From contig CAJTXS010000007.1 of NCBI GenBank assembly GCA_910583735.1, positions 1,469 to 65,468 of the forward strand: 64,000 nt of DNA, read 5' to 3'. Each line of letters begins with the position of its first letter. Within the stretch, counting starts at the first letter, position 1. The notes beneath the pieces are model-generated. The model was not told the origin of the DNA and made no database searches. It saw only the letters and a program-made list of their open reading frames with translations. The stretch comes from an uncultured Christensenella sp. Lineage in GTDB: Bacteria > Bacillota > Clostridia > Christensenellales > UBA3700. Made by a program: the position numbers and the translations under genes. Positions 26,716 through 37,184 of the stretch are shown here, piece after piece.

Positions 26716-27742
26716 ATTCGTCTATTAGCTGCAGCAGTCTGTCCTCTATAGCGACATTGTCAACTGTCTCTATTATTTTTCCGTCTTTGAAAATCGCCGA
26801 CTTATGCTTGCCGCCCGCAACTCCGATATCGCAGCGCGACGACTCGCCTATCCCGTTGACTACGCAACCCATAACGGCGACTTTTATATTGCGCTTGGTA
26901 TCGCTCAGTCTGTCGCGTATGCGCTCGGCAAGCCCCTTAACGTCTATTTCCGTCCTTGCGCATGTAGGACACGATATTACTTCGACGTAGGGCTTATCGT
27001 ATCTATTAATTGCCTTAAGTATCTCTTTTGCTGCATAAACTTCCTGTACGGGGTTGTCCGTAAGCGATACGCGGATTGTATCTCCGATTCCTTCCATGAG
27101 CAAAGTGCCGATTCCTATTGCCGATTTCACAAGTCCCGCAGTATAGAGTCCCGCCTCGGTAACGCCGAGATGGAGCGGATAATCGCATGCTGCGGAAAGC
27201 AATCTATTGCATGACACCGTAGCTGCGACATCGGACGACTTTACAGATATAACTATATCGTAAAAGCCCGCCTTCTCGAGTAGCGAAACATGCTCGAGCG
27301 CGCTTTCGCACATGGCTTTATCAAGCGGCAGAGCCTTATACTTGGAGTCCAGCGAGCCGCCGTTGACTCCTATTCTGATAGGTATACTTCTCTCTTTCAG
27401 ATAGCTTGCAAGATAATTGACCTTGTCCTGCCCGCCGATATTGCCGGGGTTAATCCTTATCTTGGCAGCGCCGCTGTCGGCGGCGAACATCGCGAGTTTA
27501 TAATCGAAATGAATATCCGCAACCACAGGCAGCGGCGAGCGGGCGCATATGCTCTTGAGCGCCTCGGCGGAAGCCGTATCGGGCACCGAGCAACGTACTA
27601 TATCGCAGCCTGCTGCGCTCAATGCTTCTATCTGCGCGACAGTCGCGTCGATGTCGCGAGTACGCGTGTTGGTCATAGATTGGATTGCAATCGGATTATC
27701 TCCGCCAATCTTAACTTTTCCTATGCTAACGGTTTTTGTCAT
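26705..27742 (-). CDS. ispG: 4-hydroxy-3-methylbut-2-en-1-yl diphosphate synthase (MEP pathway)
   Basis: 345 aa. IAIQSMTNT. Fe-S cysteines in ISCPTCAR and GCVVNGIGE. Confidence 0.95.
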   Translation of the reverse strand: MTKTVSIGKVKIGGDNPIAIQSMTNTRTRDIDATVAQIEALSAAGCDIVRCSVPDTASAEALKSICARSPLPVVADIHFDYKLAMFAADSGAAKIRINPGNIGGQDKVNYLASYLKERSIPIRIGVNGGSLDSKYKALPLDKAMCESALEHVSLLEKAGFYDIVISVKSSDVAATVSCNRLLSAACDYPLHLGVTEAGLYTAGLVKSAIGIGTLLMEGIGDTIRVSLTDNPVQEVYAAKEILKAINRYDKPYVEVISCPTCARTEIDVKGLAERIRDRLSDTKRNIKVAVMGCVVNGIGESSRCDIGVAGGKHKSAIFKDGKIIETVDNVAIEDRLLQLIDEYGI

Positions 27743-27745
27743 AGC

Positions 27746-28873
27746 TTATCCTGTAAAATGCAGTATGTCGAGCACAATTGCAAGCGCGAGCAACAGCACA
27801 AGTCCTACTACATGTATAATATTTTCAACTCTGCGATTGATAGGCTTGCCTCTTATCCACTCTATGATACAAAATACTATCTTAGAGCCGTCGAGCGCGG
27901 GGAAAGGCAAGATATTCATGATCGCAATGCTTGCCGACAGTACGCATACCGCATACATTACGGCAAAGAATCCGTGTTGAGTTACCTCCACAAGCGACGC
28001 AATCGCCGTAGCCGTGCCGCCGAGCGTTTCGCTGACTTTAGCAGAGCCTGTAAAGACTTTACCTACGGACGTAAAGATCAACTCGATTACATCCCAACCG
28101 AAGCCGAAACTATGCCCTATCGCTCCGAAAAAGCTCAGTTTATGCTGCGCAAAGGCATACGATATGCCGAAGCCGTATTTTGCTTCTGCCGCTACGTCCT
28201 CTTGAGAGGTAGCTTCACTTATATAATAGCACTTTTTAAGAGTTATTGTCAGCTTTTCGCCGTTACGAATTATTACCGCATCTACGCTTTCCTTGTCCGA
28301 AATTGCCTCTGTAAACACACTCGAATCGAGCAAGGAATACATATTCTTGCCGTCAATTTTGCAGATAATATCCCCTTCTTGCAGCTGTTGCTCGGCAACA
28401 ATAGTCATATCCTTGTCCGCATACAGATCGTATGTGCCCCTTACGCTCGGCAATATCTCTCCGAATGCGCAAAAGAAAATAGATATGATTATCATTGCGC
28501 TTATATAGTTGAACAGCGCGCCGGAAAATAATACTATAATTCTCTGCCACGGCGGCTTGGAATTGAAATTACCTTCGGTGCTTACGTCTTCCGCCGCCTC
28601 GCCGTCCTCTCCGGCGAAAGCGCAAAATCCGCCCAAAGGCAATAGTCTTACGGAAAATATCTCTCCGTTGCGCTTGTTCTTGATTTTGAACAGCGCCGGA
28701 CCGAATCCAATTGCGAACTCGTTAATCTTAAACTTGAATATCTTACCTGCGATGTAGTGACCGAATTCATGCACTACAATCATAAACATAAGGCACAGCA
28801 ACGCCGCTATGACGTAACCTGCGCCCTTAAAGAATTCTGCTGCCGTAAGATTGAGAAGAAAAGACATTACCAC
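27746..28873 (-). CDS. rseP: RIP site-2 metalloprotease RseP/RasP (M50)
   Basis: 375 aa. HEFGHY zinc motif in TM1 region, central PDZ-like segment, NILPFPALDG. Confidence 0.93.
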   Translation of the reverse strand: MVMSFLLNLTAAEFFKGAGYVIAALLCLMFMIVVHEFGHYIAGKIFKFKINEFAIGFGPALFKIKNKRNGEIFSVRLLPLGGFCAFAGEDGEAAEDVSTEGNFNSKPPWQRIIVLFSGALFNYISAMIIISIFFCAFGEILPSVRGTYDLYADKDMTIVAEQQLQEGDIICKIDGKNMYSLLDSSVFTEAISDKESVDAVIIRNGEKLTITLKKCYYISEATSQEDVAAEAKYGFGISYAFAQHKLSFFGAIGHSFGFGWDVIELIFTSVGKVFTGSAKVSETLGGTATAIASLVEVTQHGFFAVMYAVCVLSASIAIMNILPFPALDGSKIVFCIIEWIRGKPINRRVENIIHVVGLVLLLALAIVLDILHFTG

Positions 28874-30009
28874 CTCTTGTCGGGACAGTCGATTAAATAG
28901 CTCCTTGTTATTTTATCGGCCTCCAACACGGCGTCTATACCGTTGCCCAACGATTTAGCGCCCACATAATCAATACTCTTATTGATATAATATGAGATGT
29001 CGTAAAACTTTATAAGTCCGCGGCAAAAATAATCGACAAGTATTTCGTCCGCGGCGTTAAGTATCGCGGGATATATGCCTCCCGCTCTCGCGCAGTCATA
29101 CGCAATCGCAAGACAGGGGAAGCGCTCGAGGTCGGGTCGCTCGAATGTGAGCGGAGCCGCGCAAAGGTCAAGGGACGAGAATTCTCTTTTTCCTCTTACG
29201 GGATATCCCAATGCGTATTGTATAGGCAACTTCATATCGGGATAGCTGAGCTGCGCAATAATGCTGCCGTCGCTGTACTTGACCATAGAGTGGACAATGC
29301 TTTGCCTGTGTATAAGCACTTCGATATCGTCGGGAGACTTATCGAACAGACGCATAGCCTCAATTACTTCAAAGCCTTTATTCATCATGGTGGCGCAATC
29401 TATTGTGACCTTTTTGCCCATGTCCCAAGTGGGATGCTTGAGCGCTTGCGCCGCAGTCGCAGACTTAAGCATATCCAAAGTATAATCTCTGAATGCGCCG
29501 CCGCTTGCCGTAAGTATAATCTTATTGCATTCGCCCCTTCCCTCTAAGCATTGCCATACCGCAGAGTGCTCGCTATCGACGGGCAAGATTGACACGCCGT
29601 ACTCTTTAGCAAGAGCCATTACGCTCTCGCCGCCCGTAACCAAAGTCTCTTTATTGGCAAGAGCGATGTTACAACCCGACTTGATTGCATTAATCGTAGG
29701 CAGTAGTCCGTCTATACCTACAAGGGCGTTGACAACTATATCGCACTTAATCCCCGCCGCCTCGATTACGCCGTCGTACCCCGAGAGTACGTCGAGCCCT
29801 TTATGCTTTGCGCGTATTATGTCCGCCTTTTGCTCGTCCGCGACGCATACGAAAGACGGCGAAAATGCAGCAATCTGCTTATCGAGCAAATCTATATTAC
29901 CGCGACATACCAGTCCGCATACTTTATAATCGCAGGGATAAGCGGCTATGACGTCGAGCGTCTGCGTGCCTATCGAACCCGTACAGCCTAATATCGTAAT
30001 GGACTTCAT
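28867..30009 (-). CDS. dxr: 1-deoxy-D-xylulose-5-phosphate reductoisomerase
   Basis: ILGCTGSIGTQTL (NADPH site), DSEHSA, HPTWDMG. The ORF track starts at a GTG (30021) with AGGAG only 1 nt upstream. I prefer the ATG at 30009 (MKSITILG), which forms TAATG with the cdsA stop. Either start is possible. Confidence 0.93.
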   Translation of the reverse strand: MKSITILGCTGSIGTQTLDVIAAYPCDYKVCGLVCRGNIDLLDKQIAAFSPSFVCVADEQKADIIRAKHKGLDVLSGYDGVIEAAGIKCDIVVNALVGIDGLLPTINAIKSGCNIALANKETLVTGGESVMALAKEYGVSILPVDSEHSAVWQCLEGRGECNKIILTASGGAFRDYTLDMLKSATAAQALKHPTWDMGKKVTIDCATMMNKGFEVIEAMRLFDKSPDDIEVLIHRQSIVHSMVKYSDGSIIAQLSYPDMKLPIQYALGYPVRGKREFSSLDLCAAPLTFERPDLERFPCLAIAYDCARAGGIYPAILNAADEILVDYFCRGLIKFYDISYYINKSIDYVGAKSLGNGIDAVLEADKITRSYLIDCPDKRW

Positions 30010-30875
30010 TATGCTCCGCACGCTCCTAATATGGCAAAGAGCGCGTAGACAAGGGGCAGCATAAACAGTATACTGTCAATCCTGTCCATAAATCCGCCGT
30101 GCCCTGGGAAAATCTTGCCGAAGTCTTTTATCTCTGCCTTGCGTTTAATCCAAGAGGCTGCGAGATCTCCTATCTCGCTCAACAATCCGCCTACAAGTCC
30201 TACCGCGAGATATACGCCGAGAGAGCCGTACAGATTGCCTGCAATGAGCGCCGTCCTGCCCACATTGCCGAATGAGGCGAATACATTGCCGTAATCGAAC
30301 AGCAGGAATACTATTACTCCGCCCATCATTCCGCCGATAAGTCCGCCTATAGCGCCGCTGATAGTTTTCTTCGGACTGATATTCGGGCAGAGCTTAGGAC
30401 CTTTAAGCAGCGAACCCGTGAAATATGCCATTGTATCGGTGAGTATAGGCACCGCAAGTACGAGCAAGATACCGAGTAAGTTACCGTATTCGTGATTGAT
30501 CGGCACGAAGAGATAGAACATTGCAAGCGGATAGACTGCGATAAATACCGTAGTCATTAAGTCGGACAATGTATATCCGCTCTTAAACATAAATACCGCA
30601 AGAGCCGTCATGACGGCGACTGACAGCGCAATCATTATGCCGCCCACGCCAAGGAAGTATACGCAAGGATATGCGATAACCGCAGAGATAACAAGCGGCA
30701 GCGCCATGGGATTGAGACGCGCTTTCTTAAGCGCATTGTATAGCTCGTATACTCCTACGCTGCCGAACAGCACTGCGACCATGTCCGCAAAAACCAAATT
30801 AAATATTCTTAGACCGAATATAGCTCCCAGCACCACGGTCAAAAGGCATACAGCCGTAATCAATCGCTTAACCAT
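30009..30875 (-). CDS. cdsA: Phosphatidate cytidylyltransferase
   Basis: 288 aa polytopic membrane protein with the CDS signature SWIKRKAEIKDFGKIFPGHGGFMDRIDS. Confidence 0.94.
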   Translation of the reverse strand: MVKRLITAVCLLTVVLGAIFGLRIFNLVFADMVAVLFGSVGVYELYNALKKARLNPMALPLVISAVIAYPCVYFLGVGGIMIALSVAVMTALAVFMFKSGYTLSDLMTTVFIAVYPLAMFYLFVPINHEYGNLLGILLVLAVPILTDTMAYFTGSLLKGPKLCPNISPKKTISGAIGGLIGGMMGGVIVFLLFDYGNVFASFGNVGRTALIAGNLYGSLGVYLAVGLVGGLLSEIGDLAASWIKRKAEIKDFGKIFPGHGGFMDRIDSILFMLPLVYALFAILGACGA

Positions 30876-30884
30876 ATTATCTCC

Positions 30885-31583
30885 CTACGCCTTTTTCAAG
30901 CCGCCGTATCTTCTCTCTCTGCCATTATACTCTCGCACGATTCTCTCTACAGTCTCCTCTGTAAAATCGGGCCAGTAATCGTCTATAAATATAAATTCCG
31001 AATATGCCGCTTGCCACAGCATAAAGTTGCTCAGTCGCTTCTCTCCCGCCGACCTGACTATCACATCGGGATCGCACATATCTCGAGTATCGAGCTTAGC
31101 CGCTAAATCCGAAGCCGACACAGCCTTAGCGCCGCCGTCTATCAGAGAATTGACGGCTCGCACTATTTCGTCTCTCGCGCCGTAATTGAGACCGATATTG
31201 ATAATCGGACCGCTATTGTATTTTACCGCCGCGGTGATTTTGTCCAAAGAGTTCTGCACATCTTGAGGCAATGCGCTCAAGTCCCCCATAAATCTAACGC
31301 GGTAATTGTCGCTTGCGTATTGAGCGAGCTCTTTATCCGCAAAGCGCTTGACAAGATTGAACAGCTCGTCGATTTCATCCTGCGGTCTAGTCCAATTCTC
31401 TGTGGAAAAGGCGTAAATGGATATTATCTCTATGCCCATGCGAGCGCACGCGCCGATAACTCGCTTCATTGCGTCCACGCCGTTTTTATGACCGTATTTA
31501 CGCGGCATATGACGCGCTTTCGCCCATCTGCCGTTGCCGTCCATAATAAAAGCTATATGCTTGGGTACAGTATCCTTATCCAT
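30885..31583 (-). CDS. uppS: Undecaprenyl-diphosphate synthase
   Basis: 232 aa. HIAFIMDGNGRWA, FSTENWTRP, RLSNFMLWQAAYSE. Confidence 0.96.
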   Translation of the reverse strand: MDKDTVPKHIAFIMDGNGRWAKARHMPRKYGHKNGVDAMKRVIGACARMGIEIISIYAFSTENWTRPQDEIDELFNLVKRFADKELAQYASDNYRVRFMGDLSALPQDVQNSLDKITAAVKYNSGPIINIGLNYGARDEIVRAVNSLIDGGAKAVSASDLAAKLDTRDMCDPDVIVRSAGEKRLSNFMLWQAAYSEFIFIDDYWPDFTEETVERIVREYNGRERRYGGLKKA

Positions 31584-31593
31584 ATATCCTCAT

Positions 31594-31630
31594 TTAACTT
31601 GAAAGGCAAGTTAACTTGCGTCAACTTGCC
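31594..31630 (-). promoter_or_regulatory. Alternative-pairing element in the frr-uppS spacer
   Basis: Plus-strand AACTTG occurs three times (31596, 31613, 31623) around a single CAAGTT (31607-31612). TTAACTTG (31594-31601) pairs with CAAGTTAA (31607-31614). GGCAAGTT (31605-31612) pairs with AACTTGCC (31623-31630). The two 8-bp helices are mutually exclusive. The first arm is 2 nt from the uppS SD. Confidence 0.45.
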
Positions 31631-31660
31631 GTATTAAGTCGCTTCAAGTGTCGATTAATA

Positions 31661-32236
31661 TCAGACGCTCAATATATCCGCTTCCTTGTCCTTAGACAAT
31701 TTATCCACCTTGGCTACAGCGTCGGAAAGTCTCTTATCCACATCTTTCTCGTATGTGGCGAGTTCATCCTCGGTAATAGCGGAATCCTTCTTCATCTTTT
31801 TGAGCTCTTCGTTAATATCGCGACGGGCGTTACGCAGTACTACTTTGCAATTCTCAGCCATAGCCTTAGTCTGCTTGACATATTCGCGGCGTCTCTCCTC
31901 TGTAAGCTCGGGGAAAATAAGTCTGATTACCTTGCCGTCGTTGACTGGCGTTATACCTATATTGGCTGCAAGAATAGCCTTCTCGACATTCTTAAGCATG
32001 GATGCGTCCCACACGCTGATGACAAGCATCCTTGCTTCGGGAGCGGCAATATTACCCACTTGATTCAATGGAGTAGGCGTGCCGTAATAATCGACTCTTA
32101 CCTTATCCAATATCCTCGGATTGGCGCGTCCAGCCTTAATCGTGGCGTATTCTCTGCTCAGGCTCTCAATGCCTTTATCGAGCTTGGTATCGAAATCGTC
32201 GAAATACAACTCTACGTCTTCGTTATCGTATGCCAT
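31661..32236 (-). CDS. frr: Ribosome recycling factor
   Basis: 191 aa. IKAGRANPRILD ... VLRNARRDINEELKK. Confidence 0.96.
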   Translation of the reverse strand: MAYDNEDVELYFDDFDTKLDKGIESLSREYATIKAGRANPRILDKVRVDYYGTPTPLNQVGNIAAPEARMLVISVWDASMLKNVEKAILAANIGITPVNDGKVIRLIFPELTEERRREYVKQTKAMAENCKVVLRNARRDINEELKKMKKDSAITEDELATYEKDVDKRLSDAVAKVDKLSKDKEADILSV

Positions 32237-32298
32237 AGTAACCTCGCATTGCTTTAATATTATAATTATAACAGATAAACATATATTAAATCAATATA

Positions 32299-33000
32299 TT
32301 AATGAATTAATGTGCCTATCTTCTCTCCCTCTACTACTCTGATAATGCTGTCCTTTTCTTTCAGACCGAAAGATATTATCTTGATATTGTTATCCATACA
32401 CAGCGATATGGCAGTAGTATCCATTACGTGCAGTCCCTGCTGAATGACTTGCATATATGTCAACTCGTCATACTTTTTCGCATTGGGATTAATCTTAGGG
32501 TCGCTGTCGTAGACTCCGTCTACATTCTTTGCAAGCAAAAGTATGTCAGCGTTGATTTCTGCCGCGCGCAGCGCCGCGCCTGTATCCGTACTGAAGAAGG
32601 GATTACCCGTGCCGCAGGCAAATATAACAACGCGTCCCTTTTCAAAGTGGTGCAGTGCTTTGCGTAGAATATACGGCTCCGCAACTCTTGTAATGGTGAG
32701 CGCAGTCTGCACGCGCGTAGGCACGCCGTGAGCTTCCAACGCGTCTTGTACAGCGATGGAATTCATAACGGTAGCCAGCATGCCCATATGGTCGGCGGCG
32801 GACTTCTCCATATTCAATGCCTGTCTGCCGCGCCAAAAATTACCGCCTCCGATAATTATGCCAATCTCAACGCCGGAGTCTTTAACCGCCTTGATCTGCT
32901 TGACGATATATTCGAGCATGGATTCGTCGATACCGAAACCCTTCTCTCCAGACAGAGCCTCGCCGCTGAGCTTAATGATAACGCGCTTATATTCGGACAT
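32299..33000 (-). CDS. pyrH: UMP kinase
   Basis: 233 aa. [33 protein letters not shown]. Confidence 0.96.
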   Translation of the reverse strand: MSEYKRVIIKLSGEALSGEKGFGIDESMLEYIVKQIKAVKDSGVEIGIIIGGGNFWRGRQALNMEKSAADHMGMLATVMNSIAVQDALEAHGVPTRVQTALTITRVAEPYILRKALHHFEKGRVVIFACGTGNPFFSTDTGAALRAAEINADILLLAKNVDGVYDSDPKINPNAKKYDELTYMQVIQQGLHVMDTTAISLCMDNNIKIISFGLKEKDSIIRVVEGEKIGTLIH

Positions 33001-33011
33001 ATTTCCTCCTT

Positions 33012-33042
33012 ATAAAAAAGGGAAACGTAATGCGTTTCCCTT
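33012..33042 (-). terminator. Terminator/attenuator between tsf and pyrH
   Basis: Minus strand AAGGGAAACG-catta-CGTTTCCCTT followed by TTTTATAAGGAGG. The U-tract runs straight into the pyrH SD. Confidence 0.65.
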
Positions 33043-33060
33043 GACGATTATCTTAAATAA

Positions 33061-33939
33061 TCAGTTGCCCTTAGCTTTATTAATCTGAGCCTCGACCTCT
33101 GCTGCGAGATCTTCTTCTTTCTTTTCCAATCCTTCGCCCATCGTATAACGGGTGAACTTGGTAATAGTGACGTTGTCTTTCTTAAGCAAAGCCTTAACGG
33201 CGATATTGCCGTCTTTGACGAAAGGCTGCTCTATCAAGCAAACTTCCTTATAATACTTCTCGATTCTGCCCATTATAATCTTCTCGATGATGTTAACGGG
33301 CTTAGGCTTGGGCTCGTTGAGCGCCTGCGCCATCAAAATCTCTTTCTCATGAGCGATCTCTGCCTCGGGCACTTCGCTGCTGTCCACGTAAGTAGGGTTG
33401 GCAGCCGCAATCTGAAGAGCCACATCGTGCAAGAGCTCGTCGCTTGCATTGGCGCTAGCCTCTACCATGACGCCTATCTTGCCGCCCATGTGGATATAAG
33501 AATCAACCTTGTGGTCGCCGTCGCATGCGTACTTTGTAAATCTTCTGATAGAGATCTTCTCGCCTATCTTAGCGACTGTCTCGTGCAGAAGCGTCTCATT
33601 ATCCTTAACAACTTGATCTACATCGGCGACATCGTTATCTGCGATATAAGCTGCGATTGCATTGACGAACTCTTTGAACTGATCGCCCCTTGCAACGAAG
33701 TCGGACTCGCAGTTGACCTCGAGCAATACTCCTACTTTGCCCGAAATATAAGAAGATACTATACCTTGAGACGCGACCTTATCCGCTCTTTTTGCAGAAG
33801 TAGCCATACCCTTTTTACGCAATATCTCTACCGCCTGCTCCATATCGCCGTCAGACTCGGTCAATGCCTTTTTACAGTCCATCATACCTACGCCTGTCTG
33901 CTCGCGCAATTTCATAACGTCTTTAGCTGTAAAACTCAT
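33061..33939 (-). CDS. tsf: Elongation factor Ts
   Basis: 292 aa. N-terminal UBA-like LREQTGVGMMDCKKAL. Follows rpsB. Confidence 0.96.
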   Translation of the reverse strand: MSFTAKDVMKLREQTGVGMMDCKKALTESDGDMEQAVEILRKKGMATSAKRADKVASQGIVSSYISGKVGVLLEVNCESDFVARGDQFKEFVNAIAAYIADNDVADVDQVVKDNETLLHETVAKIGEKISIRRFTKYACDGDHKVDSYIHMGGKIGVMVEASANASDELLHDVALQIAAANPTYVDSSEVPEAEIAHEKEILMAQALNEPKPKPVNIIEKIIMGRIEKYYKEVCLIEQPFVKDGNIAVKALLKKDNVTITKFTRYTMGEGLEKKEEDLAAEVEAQINKAKGN

Positions 33940-33957
33940 AGTGATACTCTCCTTTAA

Positions 33958-34728
33958 TTAGTTAAGTTCGGAATTTGCAGGCGCATCGGATGAGACGGCT
34001 TCGGTCTCTTCCGCGGCAGGCTCTTCCTCGTCGACGGAATAAGCAACTCCTTCTTTAGCCTCGATTACGGCGTTAGCCATAATGCCCGCTATCAATTTAA
34101 TTGCTCTGATAGCGTCGTCGTTGCCGGGGATAACATAATCCACGAGATCGGGATCGCAATTGGTATCGACAAGACCTACTACGGGGATACCGAGCTTGCG
34201 AGCTTCCTTAACGGCAATCTCTTCATTCTTGATATCCACGACGAACATTACGCCGGGCAGTCCGCCCATAGTCTTAATACCGCCGAGATTGGCCTCGAGC
34301 TTATCTCTCTCCGCCTTGAGCTTGGATACTTCTTTCTTGGGAAGGAGATCGAATTCGCCGATTATCTCCATTTGATTGATCTTGTTAAGTCTGTCGATAC
34401 GGCTTCTTATGGTCTTGTAATTGGTAAGGGTGCCGCCCAGCCATCTCTGATTGATGTAGAACATGCCGCATCTTACAGCCTCGTCCCTTATCGCGTCCTG
34501 AGCCTGCTTCTTGGTACCGACGAAGAGAATATTCTTGCCGTCTTTAACGCTGTCGCGAACGAAAGCGTAAGCCTTCTCTACTTCTTCTACGGAAACTTCA
34601 AGGTTGATTATGTGGATATCATTCCTTGCCTGATAGATGTACTTGGACATCTTGGGATTCCATTTCTTGGTCTGATGACCGAAATGTACGCCTGCCTCGA
34701 GCAGGTTCTTCATTGTAACTACTGCCAT
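33958..34728 (-). CDS. rpsB: 30S ribosomal protein S2
   Basis: 256 aa. [19 protein letters not shown]. Acidic C-terminal tail. Confidence 0.97.
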   Translation of the reverse strand: MAVVTMKNLLEAGVHFGHQTKKWNPKMSKYIYQARNDIHIINLEVSVEEVEKAYAFVRDSVKDGKNILFVGTKKQAQDAIRDEAVRCGMFYINQRWLGGTLTNYKTIRSRIDRLNKINQMEIIGEFDLLPKKEVSKLKAERDKLEANLGGIKTMGGLPGVMFVVDIKNEEIAVKEARKLGIPVVGLVDTNCDPDLVDYVIPGNDDAIRAIKLIAGIMANAVIEAKEGVAYSVDEEEPAAEETEAVSSDAPANSELN

Positions 34729-34837
34729 TGTAAATACTCCTTTTTTGTTTTACTCTTCCCCGTCGCATCGTCGCAATGCAGCTACTGTTACCAGCATCAA
34801 CCGTATCGCTACGCGTCGGGTGTTTATTGCTTTATAG

Positions 34838-34867
34838 ATTATATCATATTATATTTTACAAAATCAA
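34838..34867 (-). promoter_or_regulatory. Sigma-A-type promoter of rpsB-tsf
   Basis: Minus strand TTGATT - 18 nt - TGATATAAT (extended -10). It predicts a leader of about 100 nt. Confidence 0.5.
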
Positions 34868-34924
34868 ACGATTTGTGCTTATACAATCAACAATTAATCA
34901 TTATAAATTTTACGATATTGCACT

Positions 34925-35605
34925 CTACTTGATTGCCGCCATTACGCAGAATTTGCGATTGGCATATATGCACTCTACTGTGTCGAAGCCGCAACGCTTG
35001 AGCATATCTGTCTCTTGCGGCACGGAGCACTCCCTGTCTAATTTTCTGCGCTCATGCCACAGCGCAATATCCTTGGCGGACAGTCCGCTGTTATTTATAT
35101 GCTCTATCCAGAAGTCGTCGAAGCATGCGTTCATCGCTTTGCTATCCGCTCTAAACTGATCATAGTTTACGAATATGCCGCCCTTAGGCAACTTATCGTA
35201 AATATTTGAAAATAATTTTATTTTGTCCGCGTCCTCTAAGTGATGTATAGACAGCGCCGAAATAAAGGCGTCACAAGCATCGCACGGCAACTCGTCTATA
35301 TAATTCATGCCGAGATATGATATATTGGCTATCCCCGCAAATCTCTTGCGCGCTATCTCGAGCATCTCCGCGGCTATATCTACAAGCACGTATTTTGCAT
35401 CCGGAAATCTCCTGTACCACAATTCCGTGAGCAATCCGGTGCCCGCGCCCAAGTCGACTATAGTCTTGGGATTATTAATTATAGACGAGACAAATGCCGT
35501 CGTCCGGTTGTAAAACTCATCGTAGCAAGGTATAAATCTCTTACGATTGATATCGTATTCTCGGGCTATCAAATTAAATTGTTCTTCTATGCTCATATAT
35601 CTCAA
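34925..35605 (-). CDS. Class I SAM-dependent methyltransferase
   Basis: 226 aa. Motif I VDLGAGTGLL, post-I VLVDIAAEML, motif II/III AFISALSIHHL ... GGIFVNYD. Substrate unknown. Confidence 0.8.
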   Translation of the reverse strand: MRYMSIEEQFNLIAREYDINRKRFIPCYDEFYNRTTAFVSSIINNPKTIVDLGAGTGLLTELWYRRFPDAKYVLVDIAAEMLEIARKRFAGIANISYLGMNYIDELPCDACDAFISALSIHHLEDADKIKLFSNIYDKLPKGGIFVNYDQFRADSKAMNACFDDFWIEHINNSGLSAKDIALWHERRKLDRECSVPQETDMLKRCGFDTVECIYANRKFCVMAAIK

Positions 35606-35756
35606 CTTTGCTTTTATTTATTTCTAATTTATTACAAGAATGATTTGTCATCTTTCTCGTTATTATTAATATAACATATATAATATATAAAAAGTGTAAT
35701 ATCAGTTAAAAAGGACTTTATCAATTTTAATAAGTCAACATTGCTTATTATAACAG

Positions 35757-37184
35757 TCAACCGTTATCGACGTCCTCTTGCTTTTGTGTCGCGCTATTTA
35801 GGAATTCTTCTCGCTTCTTGAAAATCTTGGGAAAGGAAACAAATATCACGATAGCGGTAATTATACCTGCAATAAAATCCGCGATACCTTCGGACATATA
35901 TGTTCCCTTAAAGCCGATAAAATGCGTCAGCGTAAAGCATAGCGGTATCAAAATTACTACCTTCCTAAGCACAGCCAATATGAGGGCGGACTTGGACTGC
36001 CCCAATGCCACATTTATGTTTTGCAATGTCATCTGCACAAAGAACATTATCGAGCCCATTAAGAAAAGCGGCGTATATGCTTTAACAATATTTTTTACGC
36101 TTTCGCTTGCGGAAAAAATATAAGCAAATACTTGCGGCGCGCTGAGAGATATTGTCCACAAAGTTATCGCGAAGACAAAAGCGATAATAGTGACATATTT
36201 AATCCCCTTCTTTAGCCTTACGGTGTCTCCTTTGCCGTAATTATAGCTTACAAAAGGTTGCATTCCGTATCCAAGTCCGTTAAGCGGAAGCGAAATCAAC
36301 TGTAGCGCGCTCAGCATTATTGTCAATGCCGCCGTATAGTCGGGATTGCCTGCCGTAGAACGGTTAAGATTGACGTTAAACACTATCTGAATAGCGCTCT
36401 CCGTAATTGTCATTATAAAGGGCGTAAACCCGAGCGACAGTATACTTGCGACGGTTTTCGCCTGCGGCTTCATATACTTTAACTTGAATTTGAATATACT
36501 TCTTTTCGAAAAGAAGAAGGCGATTATCCATACAAAAGAAATAAACTGCGATATGACGGTTGCAAGACTCGCGCCTTTAACGCCCATCTTCATTACGAAA
36601 ATGAATATCGGATCCAGTGCAATATTAATAATAGCGCCTATCGATACGGATATCATCGCTATAAGCGAACAGCCCTGCGCCGTAATAAACGGATTAAGTC
36701 CTTGCGCCAGCAGCACAAATAATGTTCCTGCCGAATAAATGCGAAGATACGAGACCGCAAAATCAACCGCATCCTGCGGACATCCGAAAGCAATAACGAG
36801 TTGCTTTGATAATATAAAGATGGATACGCTCAATATAATACCTAAGCCTAAGAGCAATATGAATGCGGTATTGAATATCTTCGCTGCGCCTTGCTTATCC
36901 TGTTCGCCGAGCTTAATGCTCGCTCGAGGCGAAGCTCCCAATCCTATCAGAGAGGCAAAGCCTTGTATAACCAATGTGATAGGCAGAACTATGCCCAATG
37001 CAGCCAAAGCGTTCATGCCTGCGCCATCGATTTTCGCAACGAAGATTCTATCTACTATATTATATAGGAATGTGATAAGCTGAGCTATCACCGCAGGTAT
37101 CGTCAACTTAAATACGAGCGGCAATATCTTCCCCGAGCCCAGTCTATCGCTTGAATTAATATAAGCATCTTTACTATACGACAT
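35757..37184 (-). CDS. MATE family efflux transporter
   Basis: 475 aa, about 12 predicted TM helices, internally duplicated 6+6 layout. The N-terminal LVFKLTIPAVIAQLITFLYNIVDRIFV is typical of MatE repeats. Confidence 0.85.
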   Translation of the reverse strand: MSYSKDAYINSSDRLGSGKILPLVFKLTIPAVIAQLITFLYNIVDRIFVAKIDGAGMNALAALGIVLPITLVIQGFASLIGLGASPRASIKLGEQDKQGAAKIFNTAFILLLGLGIILSVSIFILSKQLVIAFGCPQDAVDFAVSYLRIYSAGTLFVLLAQGLNPFITAQGCSLIAMISVSIGAIINIALDPIFIFVMKMGVKGASLATVISQFISFVWIIAFFFSKRSIFKFKLKYMKPQAKTVASILSLGFTPFIMTITESAIQIVFNVNLNRSTAGNPDYTAALTIMLSALQLISLPLNGLGYGMQPFVSYNYGKGDTVRLKKGIKYVTIIAFVFAITLWTISLSAPQVFAYIFSASESVKNIVKAYTPLFLMGSIMFFVQMTLQNINVALGQSKSALILAVLRKVVILIPLCFTLTHFIGFKGTYMSEGIADFIAGIITAIVIFVSFPKIFKKREEFLNSATQKQEDVDNG

